The notes beneath the pieces were generated by a model that ran no database searches, had not been told where the DNA came from, and was given only the letters and a program-made list of their open reading frames with translations. Source: Piromyces finnis finn (Eukaryota; Fungi; Neocallimastigomycota). From it: a DNA stretch of 64,000 nt. The DNA lies in assembly GCA_002104945.1 (NCBI GenBank), contig MCFH01000100.1, positions 1-64,000 on the forward strand, given 5' to 3'. Every line of letters starts with the position of its first letter. The stretch's first letter is position 1. The position numbers were made by a program, and so were the translations under genes. Shown in pieces: positions 57,984 through 64,000 of the stretch.

Positions 57984-58679
57984 GGCACAATCTCTAATTA
58001 AAATTTAAAAAAAAAAATGAAGAAAATAAAAAATCGCTTCATTCATTAAGAAAATAAAAAAGTAATTTTCAAATTTTGATTATTATGACTAATCAAAAAT
58101 TGAAAAATAAAAAATAGAAAAAATAAATAAATAGAAGAAGAAGTCTATTCTCTTCTTAGACAAATAAAAAATAAAAAAAAAAATAGAATTTACACATTGA
58201 TAGTGTATATAATAATAAAAAATATCATAGTAAAATAAAAGAAAAATAGAAAAATAGTAATATTTTTTTTTAATAATTCTTTAATAATAAAAAAAAAAAA
58301 ATAAAATTAAAAGATAAAATAATTTGGTTCTATAATACTTTTTTTATTTTTCATTTTATTATTTTATTATTTTTTTTAAATAAAAATAAAAGCATGAAAA
58401 TATTAAAATGAAAAAAAGTTTATCATTTGTATTATTAAATATTAAATACAACTAATTTTCATTATTTTTATTTGTTAAAGAGAGCAAAGCGATACTTTTT
58501 TCTTTATTAAAAAATTTTAATTTTCTTAATAATTATTTAAAAAAAAAAAAAATAAATAAAAACAAGAATAAAATTTTTTATTTTATTTTTTTTTTTTCCA
58601 ATTTAAATGTTATTTTTTATATTACTTGTAATTTTAGTATATGAAATAATAAAATATTTTACTTATTTCTGTTGAATTA

Positions 58680-59586
58680 TAAATTTTAAAAAATGTTGAA
58701 AAAAAGGCCACTTTTTAAATTTTCATTATTACTTTCAACTGCTCCCTTTTCATTTAAATATTTAATTATATTTACGTGCATAATATAATTGTGTCCTTCC
58801 ATTATCATCTTGACTATTAACATCTATTTTTTCATTTTCAATTAAATATTTAACTATCTCTTCATTTCCTTGATAACATGCATAATGTAATAGTGTTCAT
58901 CTATTATCATCTTGAATATTAACATCTATTTTTTCATTTTCAATTAAATATTTAACAAGATTAACATTTTCTTTTTGTGCTTGACATGCAAAATGGATGA
59001 TTATGTTTCCATATTTACTTTTTGTGTTTACATCTGCTCCTTTTTCAATTAAATATTTAACTATCTCTTCATTTCCTTGATAACATGCATGATGTAATGG
59101 TGTCCATCCATTATCATCTTGACTATTAACATCTATTTTTTCATTTTCAATTAAATATTTAACTATCTCTTCATTTCCTCTATCACATGCAAAATGTAAA
59201 GGTGTACATCTATCCTTATTTTGAATATTGATATCTGCACCTTTATCAATTAAATATTTTACTATATTTTCATATCCTTTTTCACAGGCATAATGTAATG
59301 GTGTCCAATTATTCATATCTGTAGCATTCACATTTGCCCCTCTATCAATTAAATATTTAACAATATTTTCACATCCTTTTTTACATGCGTAATGTAAAAA
59401 AGTATAACCATCCTTGTCTTTATTGTTTATTTCAAATTTTAATTCTTCAATATTGTATATAATCGGGTATATATCATTATCATCAAAAGAAAACCTTTCA
59501 GTAAAAAGAAGATTATCATTTAATGACTCATTTGAGTCACAAATAGAAAATTCATCTTCACTAATATCTGAACCATTAATATCCAT
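58680..59586 (-). pseudogene. Ankyrin-repeat gene with a premature TGA at 58897-58899 and a decayed tail
   Basis: Tandem TPLHYAC..G..EIVKYLI repeats. The frame continues after TGA as TLLHYACYQGNEEIVKYLIENEK, then frameshifts. The part up to TGA could still be expressed. Confidence 0.8.
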
Positions 59587-60559
59587 ATTAAAACAATAAT
59601 ATAATGAAATAAAATAGGAATTATAAGTTTTTTATCAAATTATTAAACATTAATTATTTTAAAATAAATATTCTTAACTTGTATTTATAATAATATTAAT
59701 AAGAAGTAAACTTTATTTATTAAAATTTTAACAATTAATTTAATTGTAAATTTTCTTTCTTTTTTTTTTATTTTCTAAAGTCATAAATCAAAAAATGATA
59801 ATTTATATAATTTTTTTTTACTAATAATTATTTTTTTTTTGTAATCTTTTATTATATTTAAAAAGAAGATTAAAAATATAATATAAAGACCATTAAAACT
59901 ATTAATAATATAATAGTAATTATTCTTTATTTATAAAAATAAAAATTATAATTATAAATACTAATATTTTTTCTTATTAATTTAATTATTTATTATATAG
60001 GTAAAAAAATTAAAATTAAAATATATTTGAAACGTCAAGAGAAAATTACAATAATTAAATAAAAATATTGGATAACAAAATACATTTTATATTATTAATT
60101 ATACCTTAAATTATGAATAACATGACTAAGTAATTGTAACAATGTATTATTATAGTTAAACCAGCTTTCATATATAATATTTTATTTTTTGTTATTATTA
60201 CTTATTTTTAATATAGAGTAAAAATATTAGAATTGATAAAAGATATTAATATAATTTATATTTAATAATGATACTAATTCATTTTATTTGGCATATTAAA
60301 AACACTCATCGTTCATTTAAAATCAAAAATAAACCTTATTATTAAAAATCATAATATTTTAATAATAATAATTAGATTAGTAATAATAATGATTTAACTT
60401 TTTAGTTAATATATTAATAAAATAACATAATGAAAAAATTATAATTATTATTTAAAAATATTACAATGTAAAGTAAAAAGTTGTAAATTTAATAAGCAAA
60501 TAAAAAAATGAATATAAAATTATAATTAACATAATTCGTAATTAATTCAATTTATAAAT

Positions 60560-60930
60560 TACATTAAAAAATAAATAAAATAGTTTTTTGTTTTCTCATA
60601 GTATAAAATATATTTTTTTCTTCTTTTTAGCAGCTTTTTTCTTTTTCGTATCTTTTAAATATTTTTTTAATTTGATAGTGCTCCGATTATTTTTTTTTTT
60701 TTATATTTAAAAAACCTTTTTAAAAATAACAAAGAAAACTTTTTAATTAAAAAATAATTAAATGATTTTTAAAAAAAGTTGACTTTTTTATTTATTATAC
60801 TAAAATATTTTTAAATGAATTCTTATCTTTTAATTATGTAATATTCTTACTAATCTCTATAATATTTCAATATTGATAAATTGTAATTTTTAAGAATATT
60901 TAATATATTTAGTTTTATAATTAAATATAT
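60560..60930 (+). repeat. Diverged partial copy of the peptide-gene distal upstream cassette, no ORF
   Basis: cttctttttagcagcttttttctttttcgtatc...taacaaagaaaactttttaattaaaaa matches 42280-42430. Confidence 0.6.
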
Positions 60931-62281
60931 TTTAAAAAATATACATGTATAATAATAATAATATATCTCAATAAAAAAATATAAAAAAAAAAGGTTCTCT
61001 CTATCTTTTTAAAATTCATGTGTATAACTATTCAAATTTATATAATAAAAATTTGGAATATTTATGAAAACTTAGTATTAAGTAAAAGTTCATTTTAATA
61101 TGTTATATTTTTTTTATTCATTATTAAAATCCACTTTTTGTTTTACGAAAATATATATATATATAAATTCAACCAATTTTCAAATGTTTTTGTTATAAAA
61201 CACTTTTAAAATATATAATATAATTATATAAATGTTGTTATGGACCTAATTTATATATATGAAAGGTTTTCATATTTTTTTAATGATAAAATATTAATGA
61301 ATATTTTATTGGTTATTATTTAATTGTAAACATGATATTTAGGTTGTTAACAGGCACAAAAGGTTTGGTTACATTAAAAGATGGTTTTACTTCTCCAAAA
61401 TTTTTCATTTGGATTTGATGTCATTTTTGTGAATAAATAATAAAAATTGGAGATTCAAACAAAAATTATCAAAAGGGTTAGATATTAAAAATTAATTAAG
61501 GTGTATCTTTTCTTATTTACTACTACTACAAAAACATAAATAAAAATAGAATATATATTTTATGTATTAAATATTTAATAATTGATGCAAAATATGAAAT
61601 TATTTTTTAACCTCATCTACAAACTCCTACTTTATTTTAATATTTAATATAAAAAAAGAATTATAATAAACTTTATTTAAAAACTTTAAATCAAAATTAA
61701 TATAAATATTAAAATATCTATTATTTAAGTATTTTCCATCATCTTTATAAATAGCACAGTCTTTTCGTATCATAGACATAAATATATTATATACAATAAA
61801 ATATTTAAAAATACTTTTTCTTTTTAATAATAAATATTCTTTAATTTATTTAAACTAGTGAAATTTTCTCATTGATTTTTTAACTTAATTATAATACTAA
61901 GGTTTTATGTTTCAAACATTTTAATTTCTAAATATTACAAATTAATAATATTATATTCATATATAATATAATTTATATTATAGGAATGATTTAAGAGAAA
62001 ATTACTTTGTTAATATAAATTTAAAAAATTAGCAAAATTATTTATAAATAATTTTTACTTTTATTTCTTATTAGAAAAGATGCTTTATTATTAAAATTTA
62101 AATTGCATATAAAATTTTATATTATTTTTGGAATGATTAAATGCATCATAATTATTATTATTTTTAATTTATAAAAAATAAGCAAAATGAAAATTGACAT
62201 ATATATATAATTAAATTTTATACAAAAATATTTAAATTCCATTATTAATTTTTGTTAAAATAATGTATTTTTCTAATATAT

Positions 62282-63918
62282 TTAATAAATAGTACTTTTT
62301 ATAATTTCATTTTTAATAGGTGCTGATTTATTTTTATATTTTGAGGAATCTGAGTTTAAATTAGTTGTTGAATTTAATGGTAAAAAACCATATTTTTTTA
62401 GTTTATATTTTCTTTGTAATATATATATCTTATGAATAACATTAAATGGAAGTTCTTTTGTTTCCATCCATAAAGCATCATTATGTCTTGTATAATTTTT
62501 AGAAAATATTACTTTTTTAATTATCATATGCCATCCGTTATGTTCCCAAATAGCATTCCTAACATTCAACGGTAAATCATCATTAACCCAAAAACTAGTC
62601 AGAGAAAAAAGAACATCAGTATAGGTACAATAATTATAATAAACTTTTAAATTTCTAAATAAAAGTTCAATAGGAGGCTTATTTCTAACATATCTAATAT
62701 TTTGACTTCCCCATTCAAAGTTGGATGGAATTTTAACTGAATTATACATTGCTACAACATCTTTAAATGATAAGTACCCATTTCTATCTATATCATATTT
62801 ATTCCATTCATCCGTGAAATATTCTTTTATCAATTCTATTTTATTAATTTCTTTCTGTTCTTGAAGCATCATTACAAAAGTATCCATAATAATAGCAATA
62901 AAACTATTTACAAATATCCAATTAAAAACAATTTGTAAAGACATATAATATAAAGGCGAAATAAAACTTCCACAATTTTCATTTTCTGAACAGAATCTTA
63001 AAGTTCTTCCAATACAATCTGACATTCCTATTGGATAATTCTCACCTATTTTTTTTTTTAACAAATAATAAAAAAATATTATTATTTTGATATTTTTTTA
63101 AAAAAAAAACTTTTTAAAATGAAATGGGTTACAAACCTGTTGTGAAAATAAATACAGTGAGCATACTTTTTAAAAAAGTAGAAAAATTTAAATGATTATT
63201 TAAAAGCTCTGTATTATTATAATTAATATCGCCAAAGAAATAACATCCTAAAAAGGCATAGACAACTAATACTATAATCATTAACTATTATTTATTATAA
63301 TAATAAAATAATAAATTAATATATTAATTTAATATATATTAATACAATATATAATTAAAAAGCAACGCTATTTTATATTTATAATATATAATTTATATAA
63401 CTTACGAAAAGAATATTTAATAATTGTTTATAATTTATAATTATAACTTGTAATAATGCTCTTATTCCATGGGCAAATTTCAAAAAACGTCCTATTCTAA
63501 GTAATCTAATAGTTAAAAAGATATTTGATTTTTGAATGTCCAATGAAAAAATTAAGCTTAGGTAAGAAAGAACAACAATTATTAAACAAAGATTTCTCCA
63601 ACGATCATGGAAGAAATTCTTGAATCCATAAGATATAAAAGATAATAAAACTTCAATAGTATAAATTACAAGAAATATATATTCAGATATATTTTGAATA
63701 TCATTTTCTAATTGACTTTGATCAAAATGACCTAATGAATGAATGATTACATTTATTAATAATACGAAAAATATAATGGTATCATATTTGGATGATTCAA
63801 AAAAATTTCTAATTTTGATACACCATTTGTTTTTAGAATGTGGAATGTTTTTATATGGTTTTTTAGTGATTAATAATTTAACATATTCATGAATTTTCTT
63901 TTGATTACTATTTAAATC
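62282..63918 (-). CDS. 3' part of a four-domain voltage-gated Ca2+/Na+-type channel (III-IV linker, domain IV, EF-hand-like C-terminus); continues beyond the window
   Basis: In-frame exons 63918-63406, 63284-63137 and 63045-62282: KKPYKNIP linker, S4 IRLLRIGRFLK, pore FTTGENY, S6 FIAIIMDTF, EWNKYDIDRNGYL. Confidence 0.88.
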
Positions 63919-64000
63919 CTAAAAATGAAAAATTAAATAAAATAATAAATTATATCAAAAAGTATTAGATTAGACAGTAAATAAAATTAGAAATTAATTA

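Noticed and set aside
58897-58899. TGA-as-Trp alternative genetic code or readthrough
   Set aside because: TGA serves as the stop for P1/P2 where P3/P4 use TAA, TGG encodes Trp throughout, and the sequence after this TGA is also frameshifted.
61320-61500. Short minus-strand ORF-like patch (MTSNPNE...KPFVPVNN) near the partial peptide cassette
   Set aside because: Frameshifted, no CaaX end and no similarity to P1-P4.

Overview
Extremely AT-rich, intron-containing eukaryotic DNA. Scaffoldin-like Cys/GY repeats, CE4 and CE18 deacetylases, ankyrin and LRR genes point to an anaerobic gut fungus (Neocallimastigomycota; inferred, not proven). The ORF track misses the main content because the genes are spliced or very short. 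By hand I reconstruct a cluster of three gene types: three MATA-type HMG-box genes, three TALE-like homeodomain genes (each with a 6-nt micro-exon), and four 49-50 aa genes ending in an invariant ...KSNINPYVTCSCVVQ-stop CaaX motif, the architecture of a lipopeptide (a-factor-like) pheromone precursor. They are arranged as repeated peptide > < HMG ... > homeodomain cassettes set in palindromes and inverted duplications. Between them lie decayed genes (scrambled CE4/scaffoldin, channel fragment with a LINE insertion, TFIIS, fungal TF, LRR-TM, ankyrin). An intact Agd3-like deacetylase sits inside the cluster and the 3' part of a four-domain voltage-gated cation channel is at the right edge. Best interpretation (inference): a candidate mating-type-like locus in a lineage with no established sexual cycle. 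No pheromone receptor, rRNA, tRNA or CRISPR was seen.
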